From: Octopus vulgaris
Lineage: Eukaryota
Reading direction: 5' to 3'
Assembly (NCBI GenBank): GCA_951406725.2
Contig: OX597823.1
Coordinates: 3,472,001 to 3,536,000 of the forward strand
Length of the DNA stretch: 64,000 nt
Shown here: positions 38,301 through 50,741 of the stretch, in pieces
Numbering within the stretch: position 1 is the stretch's first letter
How the letters are laid out: every line of letters begins with the position of its first letter
Position numbers and translations under genes: made by a program
Notes under the pieces: model-generated
Seen by the model: only the letters and a program-made list of their open reading frames with translations
What the model was told of the DNA's origin: nothing
Databases searched by the model: none

Positions 38301-39164
38301 ACTGCGCAGGGCCAGAGTGAGCTCTTTGCCCCTAGTCCCAACAGACCACCAGGGCCCAACCTGCAAACAAAGCCTTCCATGCACAAACTGGACGGATGGG
38401 CTACACCGAGTCACACTCTACCCTGTCTCCTCTCATATGATGTCCTTCATCAACAACGACAGATGAATTAATCCTTGTCAGTCATCATTTCCTTTCCCCT
38501 GAGCTACTTCTACTGACATCCATCACTCTTGTCTCCTTCCCCACCAACAACAAACACCTCCACCCTTATTTACTGTTCACTCTTATCCCTATCTTTAACC
38601 AGTTCTCATTTCCCCCCTCTCTCACACACACACTCACTTGCAACCTTTACTCATGCACTCTTTGTGATCTTATGACCCCTACACTTTCTTTTATTCACCT
38701 TCTTGTACATTGAGGGTACACTCTGACACCTCATCACCATCTTTATCACTATCTTCACCTCAATTGCTTCCACCTACCCTTACATAATGTAAAGTAACCA
38801 TGTTTTTCCTCTACTGCTGTGTCCCTTCTACCCTGTTTAACTTCTCAAACATCCAATATAAAGTTACTCCCTCTATACCTTACCCCACACCACTCGATCG
38901 AGGGGACTCTTGTGAGTTGCACAGCAACCGCACAAGTGCTACTGCCACGAAAATGCACCCAGTACACTGTAAAATGGTTGGCAGAGCATCTAACTGTCGA
39001 AACCATGCAAACACGGACATTGGAGCACAGAGCTATTCTCTGTATTGCCAGATCCTGTTAAAAACGTCCTACCCATGTGAGCACAGAAGACGGATATAAA
39101 ATGATATTGATAGCGATGCGCGTGTGCGTATGTGTATGCACACGCACTCCTTATGGTACATGTG

Positions 39165-39217
<53 letters not shown>

Positions 39218-39220
39218 GTG

Positions 39221-39254
<34 letters not shown>

Positions 39255-39353
39255 ATTATATATATATACATGATTATATATATACATGTGTATATATATA
39301 TAATGATTATATATATATATATATATATTTTTATTATATATATATACATGTGT

Positions 39354-39394
<41 letters not shown>

Positions 39395-39529
39395 TTGTGT
39401 GTATAAATGAGTGTATATCGTTTATGTATATATAGACACAAACTCATGATTTGTATATCTATATATACACGATATATATATGACATAATACGTGTCATAT
39501 ATATGACATTGTTTGTATGTATGTATGTG

Positions 39530-39567
<38 letters not shown>

Positions 39568-41071
39568 ATATGTATTTGCGTATATAAATGCGTGTATATC
39601 GTTTATGTATATATAGACACAAACTCATGATTTGTATATCTATATATACACGATATATATGACATTGTATATATATGATATATATATATATGTATGTATA
39701 TGATATATATATATTTATATATACACACACACACACACACGTATGTAAAATGTAGGTGCGTACGTACACACTATTTCACCACCTTTGTTCACAGACATCT
39801 TCCATCTCCGGTTATTTACGACACGTACCCCAGCCGTAAAAATCTCGGAGTGCCGAAGTACCTGGCGATCTTATAAGCCATCAGGTCGGGTCGACAGGCC
39901 AGATCAATCGATAGACAGACAGATATATAAATAAATGCAAACAGATTGAAAAGCAAACAAATAGCTACCAATCTTTATTGCTACTACTATTATCATTATT
40001 ATTGTTACTATTTTTTATGTATTCGCAAGGCCCTCCCACCCAGTCTTAACCCTCCACCACATCTTCAACTAGGACAAAGAACTTGCAATTTATAAAATAA
40101 TATTATGACGCATACACGTAGACTTTTAACTTGTATTTATATTTTTACTCCACAGATTTTCTCAAGCATTCTACCCCGTTTGACGGTTTCCGTCTTTTTT
40201 AGATCCGGCTACTGAAAAACAGAAATTAAATTAAAACGATTTGGCTTTATTTTAGTTATTTTTACTTTTTAGTTGCTCTGTAATAATGAGAAATGAGAGA
40301 TAAATTTAATTATATATAATAACAATTATTGCTTGTTTGTTTGGTTGATTAATCAGGAGATTTTAATTGGACGAATAATGATTTCTCGTCTGGGATTACC
40401 CATGAATGAAGAACCAAGTGAAACACAACAACAGCAATAATAATCACAATAATAATAATAATAATAACAGCAGATCAAATAAATAAACACTGATTTTTCT
40501 TTTCTTTTTTTCTCAAGTTCAGCATATCTATACAGAGATAACCAATATAAAAATAATAAAAATCAAAACAGCTAATAAAAGCTCTAATTAAACACACATG
40601 CAAGGGGAATGTGTTCACCAGACAAATGTCTGCATGTGTTTTAGTGTGTGTATATACTAAACAATGTCTACATGTTTATTCGTGTGTGGTGTGTATGTGT
40701 ATGTACGTACATGTGTGTGTATGTGTATGTTAGTGTGTGTATATACTAAACAATGTCTACATGTTTATTCGTGTGTGGTGCGTATGTGTATGTACGTACA
40801 TGTGTGTGTATGTGTATGTACGTACATATGTGTGTATGTGTATGGACGTACATGTGTGTGTATGTGTATGTACGTACATGTGTGTGTATGTGTAAACAGT
40901 AGACGGATATCAGCATATGCGTGTTTATGCAACGGAGAAAGTATATAGATATATATATAGGTACTAAAATACATAATGTGTGTCTAAGGGTGTATGTATG
41001 GTGTATACAGAGTGAAGGGGTATCTTCGTCTTTACGGTCCTAATTTCAAATTTGTCATTTAATACGGTCCT

Positions 41072-41105
<34 letters not shown>

Positions 41106-41513
41106 TTCGTTCTCAGTTCCTACAAGCTGAGAGTTTTGCTAATTTTATTTTTTAATTAGGTTGATTATTTTGATTTTGCTCTGTTAGTTATCTATTTATT
41201 CGTTTCAATTAAGACTTTTAGGTTTATTAATTGAATTTTTTTAAGGCGAACGCCTTTAACGTAAGACTATTTCTATAGCCTACGGTTGTTCCGCTGTTCC
41301 GTGTTCGAATTTCGCTGTGGGTCGACCTAACTTCTCTTATCGTTGATAAACTACCACCACTAATTACAAGTGGGGGGAGGTCACCTTAAGAAAGAAAAAA
41401 AATCAATTAAGGAAGCTAAAATTCTTAATTGGAAATAAAAATCGAAATAATCATCTCAATTTTTTTTTATATTTTAGCAAAACCCCTGTTCCTAGAGAAC
41501 CAACACACACACA

Positions 41514-41580
<67 letters not shown>

Positions 41581-41837
41581 ATTGAAAAGCCAATTTTAAT
41601 TCAGGACCATAAAAAGTGAAGTACCCGACTGTGGTGATGTGTGTTTGTTTATAGTTATGTATGTACACATTTATTTCCGAATACGTGTAGTCTTCTAATG
41701 AGGGTGTATAAACACAATAACATAAAAAACAACAAAAAAAGCATTTAAAAAGAGATTAATTCTGGGGTGTAAATACGTGTATTGAGTTTATACGAAAGTA
41801 GGTATACTTTTTATAGATGGGCTGCTTACGTGATTAA

Positions 41838-41879
<42 letters not shown>

Positions 41880-41884
<5 letters not shown>

Positions 41885-42221
41885 AATGTGTGTGTTTACA
41901 TAGGACTGAATGGGTTTATGGCCAAACCTATAGACATGTTTGTGTATGTATAAGAGGGAAGGATGTGTGTGTAAAACATATACACGCCTGTTTACAAATA
42001 TCTATGTGTATATGTGGGTATGTTTACATAGGAGAGAATGGCTAGTTTATGACGAACCTCTAGAATTGTTTGTGTGTGTATATATGATGGTTGCGTAAAG
42101 TGTGTGTGTGTGTTGGTGTAATATATATACTCACACGCCAGTTTGCAAAAGTATACGTAGATGTGTGTAAAATATATACACGCCTGTTTACAAATATCGC
42201 AATTAAGCTTATCCGTGTGTG

Positions 42222-42257
<36 letters not shown>

Positions 42258-42530
42258 GGGAAGACTGGTTGGATTTATGAGCTGCCTATAAATATGTTTG
42301 TGTCTATATGCGTTCAAAAAGTGTAAAGTGTGTGTGTATAATATATATACACGTATCTAGTAGCTGTTTACTAATACAGTATATTAAGAGCTTATCCGTG
42401 TGTGTGTTTACATAGAAGTGAATGGGATTATGACCAGTCTATAGAAATGTTTATATCTATACGGGTTTTAAATGTGTCTAGTGTTTGTGTAAAATGTATA
42501 CACACCTCTGTTTACAAATATAGTAATATT
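41880..42530. repeat. Degenerate tandem repeat (units roughly 130-200 bp) near the 5' end of RNF11 intron 1
   Basis: Recurring GTTTACATAG(G/A)..GAATGG..TTATG..CTATAGA and ACACGCCTGTTTACAAATAT motifs. Confidence 0.6.
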
Positions 42531-42946
42531 GTAAGCTTTTCAAAAGGTGTGTAAATGGAATACAGATTTAAAGGGGGGTATCCTAGCTTTTAAAGTCTTA
42601 AATTCGAAGTGGTCTTTTGATAGAGCTTTTACAACACACACATATCTATATCAACACACTGGACTGTGATGTGTGTATATATCTGAAACAAAGAATCGCA
42701 TTTACACATGCTTATATACGAGATGAATGAATCTGTCTATTCCTACTGTTTATGGATGTAAAAAAAAACACCCTTCTGTCCACACATACAACATATATTT
42801 ATACACACACACACACCACACACACAAATATATATATAAATATATATATGGGGGGGGGGGTTATCTTCGTGCATGTGTTAGGGGTACCTTCATACTTTTG
42901 AGGGGTGTTTCGTGAATAAGAAGAAAGAGAGAAAGAAAGAACCGAC

Positions 42947-43054
42947 CTGATAGGGTGGTGGAGGTCCGAGAGCTGGGTCTGATCCATCGTTACTGTCGCT
43001 ACCTCTCAATAAAGATATATCATCTGCATTCGGAGTCTTTAAACAGTTGCCCAT
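42947..43054 (-). CDS. RNF11: First coding exon of RING finger protein 11 (RNF11) ortholog; remaining exons not found in the window
   Basis: Translates MGNCLKTPNADDISLLRGSDSNDGSDPALGPPPPYQ, closely matching the vertebrate RNF11 N-terminus as I recall it (MGNCLKSPTSDDISLL...PPPPYQ). It has Gly2/Cys4 acylation sites, a DxxLL motif and a PPxY motif. ATG context is AAAATGG, and the exon ends in a phase-0 CAG|GTCGGT donor at 42946. Confidence 0.93.
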
Positions 43055-46000
43055 TTTTTTTCCTTTTTCGTTTGTACTTTTCAATGATGGCGATTTACTT
43101 AAAATAACCAGTTCCTCTTAACAATAAAGCTGTCGGTTTTTAGTGCTGCTCTGGCTGTTTTGTTCCCCTGTGGTTTGTGTTTTCTTTTTTTGGTTTCGTT
43201 ATTTATCAATGGTATTATTGTGGATGGTATCGGTGGTAGTTATAGATGTGTGTGTGTTATAAGTGTTTGTTTGTTGGTGGTCGTGGTGGATGTTGTTATT
43301 GGGTGTAATAATAAAGGTACAAGATCGAGAGGAACCATGATTGGGCCTTGAGAGAGGAGAGAGTAAGAAGAGTGGAATGGCAAATAATAAACAAAACAGA
43401 GCAGCAACAACAACAACAACCAGCAGAGAGAATCGGAACTGAGCAGAGAGGGAAGTATCTAGACACAGAGACTATGTGAGACAGAGAGAGGCGTAGGTAG
43501 ACACGGAGAGGGCAAAGGAGAAGAAAAACAAAGGGTTAGGGGGAAAAGAGGGGGACATGGAAGAAGAAGGGGTCGTGGAAGCATAAGAAAGGGCCATAGG
43601 AGAAGAAAAAGGAGTCATAGAAGAAATGGTTAGGGCAGAAGAAGAAGAAAGGGTCATAAGAACCGGATAGAGAAAACAACAACAACAGTGAGCAAAAGGC
43701 AGGGAGACGAGAGGAGACTTTGGTCAGTTGAAAGTCTGCTAATGTTTTGTTTTGATAAATGTTGTGGTGGGTCTCCTCCTTGCTGCTCCTCTTCGTCTCT
43801 GTTTCTTCTTTCTCTTTTTGTCGGTCAACCCTGCATCATTGTCGAGACGCAGTCCGTGAGGTTAATGAAATGTTTTTACTTGTTACTAATTACTAAAACA
43901 TCAAGTCAGTCATGTCAAGTCCGTAGAAGTCAGTCAAGGCGAGTAGCAGTAGTAGCAGCAGCAGTAGTAGTAGTGGTGGTGCTGGTAGTTGTAGTGGTAG
44001 TAGTGTCAGTAATTATAATAGTAGTAGTAGTAGTAGTAGTATTGCTGCTGCTGCTGCTTTGGCTGCTGCTGATAATAATACTACTGCTCTTATACACACA
44101 CACACATATACACACAAGAAGGTTTACATACACCACGCGCGCGCACGCACATATGTGTATACATAAATACACGCACACACACACACACACATATATATCT
44201 ATACGTTTATACATATGTATGTATATATATGTGTGTGTGTGTATGCATTTATATCTATCTATCTCTCTTCTCTCTCTCTCATATGTGAGTGTGTGTGTGT
44301 TATGTATATATGCATTGAGGAATCACTGGAAACCTATTCATTGTTTATAATATTCGACACAATGAAGCAGGCAGTCGGGTGGCGAGAGATACCCGAGACA
44401 AGTAAAGCGTCGGGTTGTCTCCATTACGTTATTTTATTTCACCTCTTACCGATATGAGTTCAAATCCTGGTATCGCTTCGTCTTTCATCGTTCTGAACAG
44501 ATCGATAAAATTAGAATTCCCGTTTGTGATTTCTTTAATTGTTTTTTTCTTCTTTCTGTCTTGCAATGCTCAGAACAGGACTATAAGCCAAGTACCATGC
44601 ATATGTTCGGGTCGATAATATTGAGTTCACATATGCACACTATTTGATATATTTGAATGGACCTTCGTAAATCTGCAGACGTGACTGTCTGCTATAAATG
44701 CCAGCCAGATAGCTCTTAAATTGCAGCCAGTCAAGTTAAATGGTGTAGTTACTAACTAGTTCTACACACTCCATAAGAAGACGGGATGGTCATGGCTGAA
44801 AGGTCTTTGATTATAGGTCTGCTCGTCCTGATCTGACTTGGTACTAAATAACAAAGCATTAAGGAAGAGAAGAGGGAAACATCTGTGACGACTTGGGTAC
44901 AAAAAGGAAAACAGTGAACAATTTTAGTTTATTAACTCTGAAAAGTACCAAACCGAAAGCTTTGACAATTTACAAAAAGGTAATCTTTTTCAAAAGCACT
45001 TGTCCATGTAGAGGTATCTTTAAAGAATTCCTGGCTTCCCAGAATTCACCAACATTACTTCTGTGCTGCCCACGTAGCCTGTCCTTTTTATGGCTCTTTC
45101 ACAATTCTCTTTCCTGGTTCTCTTTCCTGGTCTTGTATGCTGTGGGTTTCATGTTGGTGCCTTCCGCTGTCCTGGCTTTCTTTCTCCGCCTGATTTCTTG
45201 CCGTTTTCAGTCACATTACTCTTTTACTCCTTTACTTGTTTCAGTCTTTTGACTGCGGCCATACTGGAGCACCGCCTTTTAGTCGAGCAAATAGACCCCA
45301 GGACTTATTCTTTGTAAGCCCGGTACTTATTCTATCGGTCTCTTTTGCCGAACCGCTAAGTAACGGGGACATAACCACACCAGCATCGGTTGTCAAGTGA
45401 TGTTGGGTGGGGGGGGCAAACACAGACACACAAACATATACACACACACATACATATATACATATATACATATACATCGGGCTTCTTTCAATTTCCGTCT
45501 ACCAAATCCACTCACAAGGCTTTGGTTGGCCCGAGTCTATAGCAGAAGACACTTGCCCAAGGTGCCACTCAGTGGGACTGAACCTGGAACCATGTGGTTG
45601 GTAAGCAAGCTACTTACCACACAGCCACTCCTGCGCCATTGTTTACTCTTTCCCAACAAGTTGTAGGGCCCCTGGGTAACTACGACTCTGTTGGTTACGA
45701 TGATAAGGGGTTCAGGTGATCCAATCAACAGAATAGCCCGTGCAGGCAATTAATGCACAAATGGCTGAGTACTCCATAGACACGAGTCCCTTTAATGCAC
45801 TTTTCATTGAGACTCAGCATGTCACAGAATACTACTCATTTTTGCCAGCTGAGCAAACTGGAGCATCATCATCATCATCATCATCATTTGGGTTCGACTG
45901 GAGTCTGGGAAGCCAGGAGGCTGCACCAGGCTCCAGTCTGGTCTGGCAGTGTTTCTACAGTTGGATGCCCTTTCTTATGCCAACCACTCCGTGAGTGTAG

Positions 46001-46210
46001 TGGAGCAATGTGAAATAAATGTCTTGCTCAAGAACAAAATGCATCACCAGGAATTGAACTCATGACCTTACTACCATGAACCAAATACCTTAACCACTGA
46101 GCTACACACCTTCGTTCCTCAGTTCTATGGACAATGAATTCATTATTAGAGACAAAGTAGTTGAATCGTTAGCATATCAGAATAACTGCTGGGGCAGGAT
46201 GGCTTCTGCA

Positions 46211-46387
46211 GTTCTGTATTTAAGAGATGAGGAATTACGTACATTATTTACATTTGATGGCTATTTGTCCTCATCTTGTTTGTTGTTAACCACTACGCCA
46301 TATGCACATAGGCATATGGCGTAGTGGTTAAGAGTGCAGGCTACTAACCCCAAGATTCCAAGTTCGATTCCAGGCAGTGACTTGAAT

Positions 46388-46427
<40 letters not shown>

Positions 46428-46564
46428 TCAAAAAAACCCTTAGGAATGAGAACCCTGGTTCGAAATTTCCCCAGGACACCTGATGAAGGCTGGAGGGTAT
46501 ATCAGCCGAAACGTTGTGTTAACAACAAACAAGATGAGGACAAATATCCGTCAAATGTAAATAA
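46211..46564 (+). mobile_element. Solo non-autonomous Penelope-like terminal-repeat element with tRNA-like head, hammerhead and inverted arm
   Basis: 47-bp inverted repeat 46244-46290 / 46518-46564 (2 mismatches), with a ~33-nt extension on the left arm only. tRNA-like head 46311-46381 is shared with the sequence after the GIY-YIG ORF. (AAT)n at ~46389-46425. Confidence 0.8.
46475..46520 (+). ncRNA. Minimal type I hammerhead ribozyme (PLE type)
   Basis: GACAC-CUGAUGA-A-GGCUG(gaggguauau)CAGCC-GAAA-C-GUU^-GUGUU. Stem I is GACAC/GUGUU, both core boxes are intact, stem II has 5 bp, and stem III is the loopless palindrome AACGUU. Predicted cleavage is after 46515. Confidence 0.8.
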
Positions 46565-47022
46565 AGCATTGTTGCTGATTTTTTATATTCACTCCTACTG
46601 AGGTCCCCTTTTATTCTTCAAAAGGCATTAAAATAAAGTACCAGTCAAGTACTGGGGTCAATGTAATTGACTATCCCCTTTCCCACAAATTTCTGGCCCC
46701 TTGTGCCTAAATTAGAAACAGTCCTAGCAGGATCATTGGCATGGCAGGCAAAAGGCTTAGTGGTATCACTTCTAACTTTTTACTTTCTGAGTTCAAATTC
46801 CACGATGGTCAATTTCGGGGAGGGGGGAGGTAAGTTGACAACCCCCAACCACCCACGTTCAACTGACACTTATTTTATCAATTCTGAAAGGACGAAAAGC
46901 AAAATTGGACTCAGAACGTACCAGCAGACGAAACACCACTAAGGATGTCACCCGGTGTGCTAATGTTTCTGCCAGCTTGCCGCTTTAGGCTCAATATAAT
47001 AATCTTTTCTACTCTAGGCACA

Positions 47023-47398
47023 AGGCCCGCAATTTTGGGGGAGGGGGCCAGCCGATTAGGTCAACCCCAGTATGCAACTGGTATTTAATTTATCGATATC
47101 GAATGGATGAAAGGCAAAGTCGACCTCGGCGGAATTTGAACTCAGAACGTAAAGACAGGCGAAATACCTATTTCTTTACTATCCACACGGGGCTAAACAT
47201 AGAGGGGACAAACAAGGCCAGACAAATGGATCAAGTCGATTACATCGACCCCAGTACATAGCTGGTACTTAATTTATCGACCCCGAAAGGATGAAAGGCA
47301 AAGTCGACCTTGGCAGAATGTGAACTCAGAACGTAACGGCAGACGAAACACAGCTAAGCATTTCGCCCGGTGAGCTAACGTTTCTGCCAGCTCAGCCC
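47023..47398 (-). mobile_element. SINE family B head-to-tail dimer (a separate partial copy lies at ~46850-46986)
   Basis: Same junction GAAATAC|CTATTTCTTTACT at ~47167; the distal unit has an alternative tail. Confidence 0.8.
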
Positions 47399-47489
47399 CT
47401 GAGGCTCAATAAAATAATATCAATCAAAGACTGGAGCCCAGTGTGGTAATCTCCTCTCACTAAAATTGCTACTGCTAAAATTAGAGAGA

Positions 47490-47690
47490 ATTCTTCTTCT
47501 TCTCCTTCCTCTTTGTCTTCTTCTTCTTCTCCCCCTCCTTCTTCTTCTTCTCCTTCTTATTTCTCCTCCTTCTTTTTCTCCTTCTTTTTCTCCTCCTTTT
47601 TCTCCTTCTTCTTCTTCTTCTCCTTCTCCTTCTCCTTCTTCTCCTTCTTCTCCTCCTTCTTCTTCTTCTTCTTCTTCTTCTTCTTCTTCT
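47490..47690. repeat. (TTC/CTC)n polypyrimidine microsatellite
   Basis: Read directly. Confidence 0.95.
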
Positions 47691-48931
47691 ACATGCGAAT
47701 TATTCTGAACTACCTATGAAAACCGGTGGAGCACCTTGAGCCTTTCTATATAATTGCTCATGGCTGTGTGGTTAAGAAGCTTGCTTCCCTCCCAACCATG
47801 TGATGTCAGGTTCAGTCCTACTACACAGCACTTTGGGCAAGTGTCATCTACTACAACCCCAGGCCAACCAAAGGTTTATGAATGGATTTGGTTAACAAAA
47901 ACTGAAAAAAGCCCATTGTATTATATCATCATCACCATTATTTAACCTCCGTTCTCCATGCTGGCACAGGTTGGACAATTTGGCAGGAGCTGACCAGCCG
48001 AAGGGCTGTTCCGGCTTCATGACTGTTTTGGCATGGTTTCTATGGCTGGATGCCTTCCTAATGCCAATAAGTACTTGGCTTAAGTACTAGGGTCAATTTG
48101 TCTGACTAAAATCCTTTTTACATGCTGGTGGCACGTAAAAAGCACCCACTATACTCTCGGAGTGGTTGGCGTTAGGAAGGGCATCCAGCTGTAGAAACTC
48201 TGCTAGATCAAGATTGGAGCCTGGTGCGGCTGTCTGGTTCGCCAGCCCTCAGTCAAAATCGTCCTATCCATGCTAGCATGGAAAACGGACATTAAATTGT
48301 CCAACCCATGCTAGCATGGAAAGCGGACGTTAAACGATGATATGTGTGTGTGTGTGTGTTTATGTCTTTTAAATCTCTTTACACATGTAAATTTGTAAAT
48401 TACTTAGTATTTAAGTAACAGGGTGACTCGTAACACCTACACAAAAAAGTAATCAGACTCTGAGCAAAAACACAATTGGTTCAAACTAAATGGTAGTTAG
48501 TAATTTGGTTGACCGCAAGAAAAGTATTTCCTCCTAAAACAGCCAAAATCTGGATTATTTCCAGAATTTTCACGAAAATGTAAAGAAAAAAAAATTATAA
48601 AAATAAACCCATTTGATATTGCTTGGATTTGGTCAATAAAGATCTTATCATTTCAATGTCTGTCAATGACAGCAGACTTTGTCTTCTGACAATCTATTTT
48701 ATGCCCCCACCCCCAATTTATATTATCTGGATTGTTTGTATAGAGCTAATGGAACACCTGCACAAGTGCGCTCCACTACGACTTTGTTTCCTCATAACTT
48801 TCTGAAAAATGGGTATCTTTTAATAAAATTTTCTACAAATACCTTTCAAATGGTGTAAATTACAATCATTTTAGAATTTAATGAAAAAAGTAAAATTGGT
48901 GGTCACACACACACATCATGACACACACGTA

Positions 48932-49824
48932 CATGGTCTGATCAATAAATATCTGGACTGTTGCCATAGTAACGAAGCTAAAGCACACACACAGTAAAGC
49001 CACTTGGTACAGATTGACCTTGGACTCTGCTGTGCACATGCACTAAGTTTTAAAGTTTTAGCTCACTTTCACTGCTTAAGCAGTGCTTGGAAGGAAGGTG
49101 TGTAGCGTTTGGTGGTCGCATTGACCACAACAAAAAAAGTTGCCATGGCAATACCTGCTCAGAGGCCTATGCAACGTTGCAGAAAGTGTATGGAGAGGAG
49201 TGTATGAACCACCCACAAGTGTACGAGTGGTTCAGATGTTTCCAAGATGGCTGAAAAAATGTCAATAGTGACAAACGTTTTGGGAGACCCACAACCAGCA
49301 GAACTGAGAAAAACATCGCAGTGCATGTAGCTGTAAGGGGAAATCATCAAATCACCATCCATGAGTTATCAGGGGATGTGCAGATTATTTAAGGTTCAGT
49401 TCAGTCCATCATAACTGAAGATTTGTGTGTCAGACTCATGTCTGCTAAATTTGTGCCAAAACTGTTTTCAGCTGACCAAAAGGACACTTGGGTTTCAATA
49501 ACACAAGATCTCCTTAATTGTGTTGAGAAGGATGAAAACTTTTTGAAAACTTCTCATAGCCTTCTGAGCAGGTATCGCCAACCTTTTAGCAAAATTTGAT
49601 GCAGATTCTCAGCTCAACTTTCTCTGTCATGGTCAATGCAACAATCACACACTACACACCTTCCTTCCAAACACTGCTGTAAACAGAGGAAGTGAGCTAA
49701 AGCGTTAAAACTTAGTGCACATACACAGCAGAATTTAAGGTCAATCTGTGCCAAATGACTTCACTCTGTGTGCTGTAGCTTCATTACTATGGCAACTATT
49801 CAGAAACTTATTGATCAGAGAATG
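48932..49824 (+). mobile_element. Mariner-derived non-autonomous element with very long (~240-270 bp) inverted repeats
   Basis: TA on both sides (48930-31, 49825-26). Ends CATGGTCTGATCAATAA / TTATTGATCAGAGAATG. Arms ~48932-49170 and ~49555-49824 are reverse complements. The centre encodes mariner N-terminal remnants KVYGEECM..VYEWFRCFQDG..GRPTTSRT and SAKFVPKL. Confidence 0.85.
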
Positions 49825-50184
49825 TACATACTGACACACACACACATACATATGTATCTCCAAAATAAAACTAGAAATTTGGAAAAAAATTTTGCAAGGT
49901 GTGTACTTGCTCAGCAAGTATTTTTTTTTTTTTAACTTTTTTCTTATTACATCTAATATGATTATAATGTATGCCATCTGAAAGGTATTTGAAGGTATTT
50001 GAAGGAAATTTCTTTTAAAAAATACCTATTTCCCAGAAAGTTGTTAGGAAACAAAGTGGGTGGAATGCACACCTATGTAGATATGCTGAGGTAGCCACAT
50101 GATTAATAGTACATCAAATTTCTAAGTTCATATCCTGTTAATTCTCCCAGAGTCACCATGATACATACTTGTGAATATAAAAAC

Positions 50185-50741
50185 TGGCAACGACGAGGGT
50201 TCCAGTCGATCCGATCAATGGAACAGCCTGATCATGAAATTAACGTGCAAGTGGCTGAGCACTCCACAGACACATGTACCTATTTCTTTACTACCCACAG
50301 GGGGCTAAACACAGAGGGGACAAACAAGGACAGACAAACGGATTAAGTCAATTATATCGACCCCAGTGCATAACTGGTGCTTATTTAATCGACCCCGAAA
50401 GGATGAAAGGCAAAGTCAACCTCGGCAGAATTTGAACTCAGAACGTAACAGCAGACGAAATACCGCTAAGCATTTCGCCCGACGTGCTAACGTTTCTGCC
50501 AGCTCCACCCCCTTACCACAAACACATGTAGCCTTAATGTAGTTCTCAGGGAGATTCATCATGATGCAGAATATGACAAGGCTTGATCCTTTGAATTATT
50601 ACAACTCATTTTTGCCAGCTGAATGGACTGGAGCAATGTGAAATAAAGTGTCTTGCTCAAGAACACAGTGCATTGCCTAGTATCAAACTCACCTTTACGA
50701 TCACGAACTGGATACCCTAACCAATAAACCATACACCTTCA
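50185..50741 (-). mobile_element. tRNA-derived SINE family D hosting the family B insertion; related pieces at ~1-145, 21715-21840, 45680-46112
   Basis: Shared GGAGCAATGTGAAATAAAGTGTCTTGCTCAAG segment and GTGGCTGAG(C/T)ACTCCA(C/T)AGACAC body. Confidence 0.65.
50279..50515 (-). mobile_element. tRNA-derived SINE family B monomer with 15-bp TSD, nested in an older SINE; other monomers at ~485-706, 7690-7893, 25222-25449 (-) and 62890-63095 (+)
   Basis: Head GAGCTGGCAGAAACGTTAGC...GAGTTCAAATTC and central GACTTTGCCTTTCATCCTTTCGGGGTCGAT, which resembles the Meta domain as I recall it. TSD CCACA(G/A)ACACATGTA at 50264-50278 / 50516-50530. Confidence 0.85.

Noticed and set aside
43055-43084. N-terminal extension MKSTNEKGKK on RNF11 in the ORF track
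   Set aside because: It starts at TTG; homology and the myristoylation Gly2 place the start at ATG 43054.
43688-44350. 220-aa hydrophobic ORF
   Set aside because: Built from (GTA)n, (GCT)n and (CA)n repeats; no recognisable domain.
46311-46381. Functional tRNA gene (also 63918-63988 and the SINE heads)
   Set aside because: A/B boxes are present, but the acceptor and anticodon stems do not pair and there is no adjacent terminator. These are tRNA-derived, not tRNAs.
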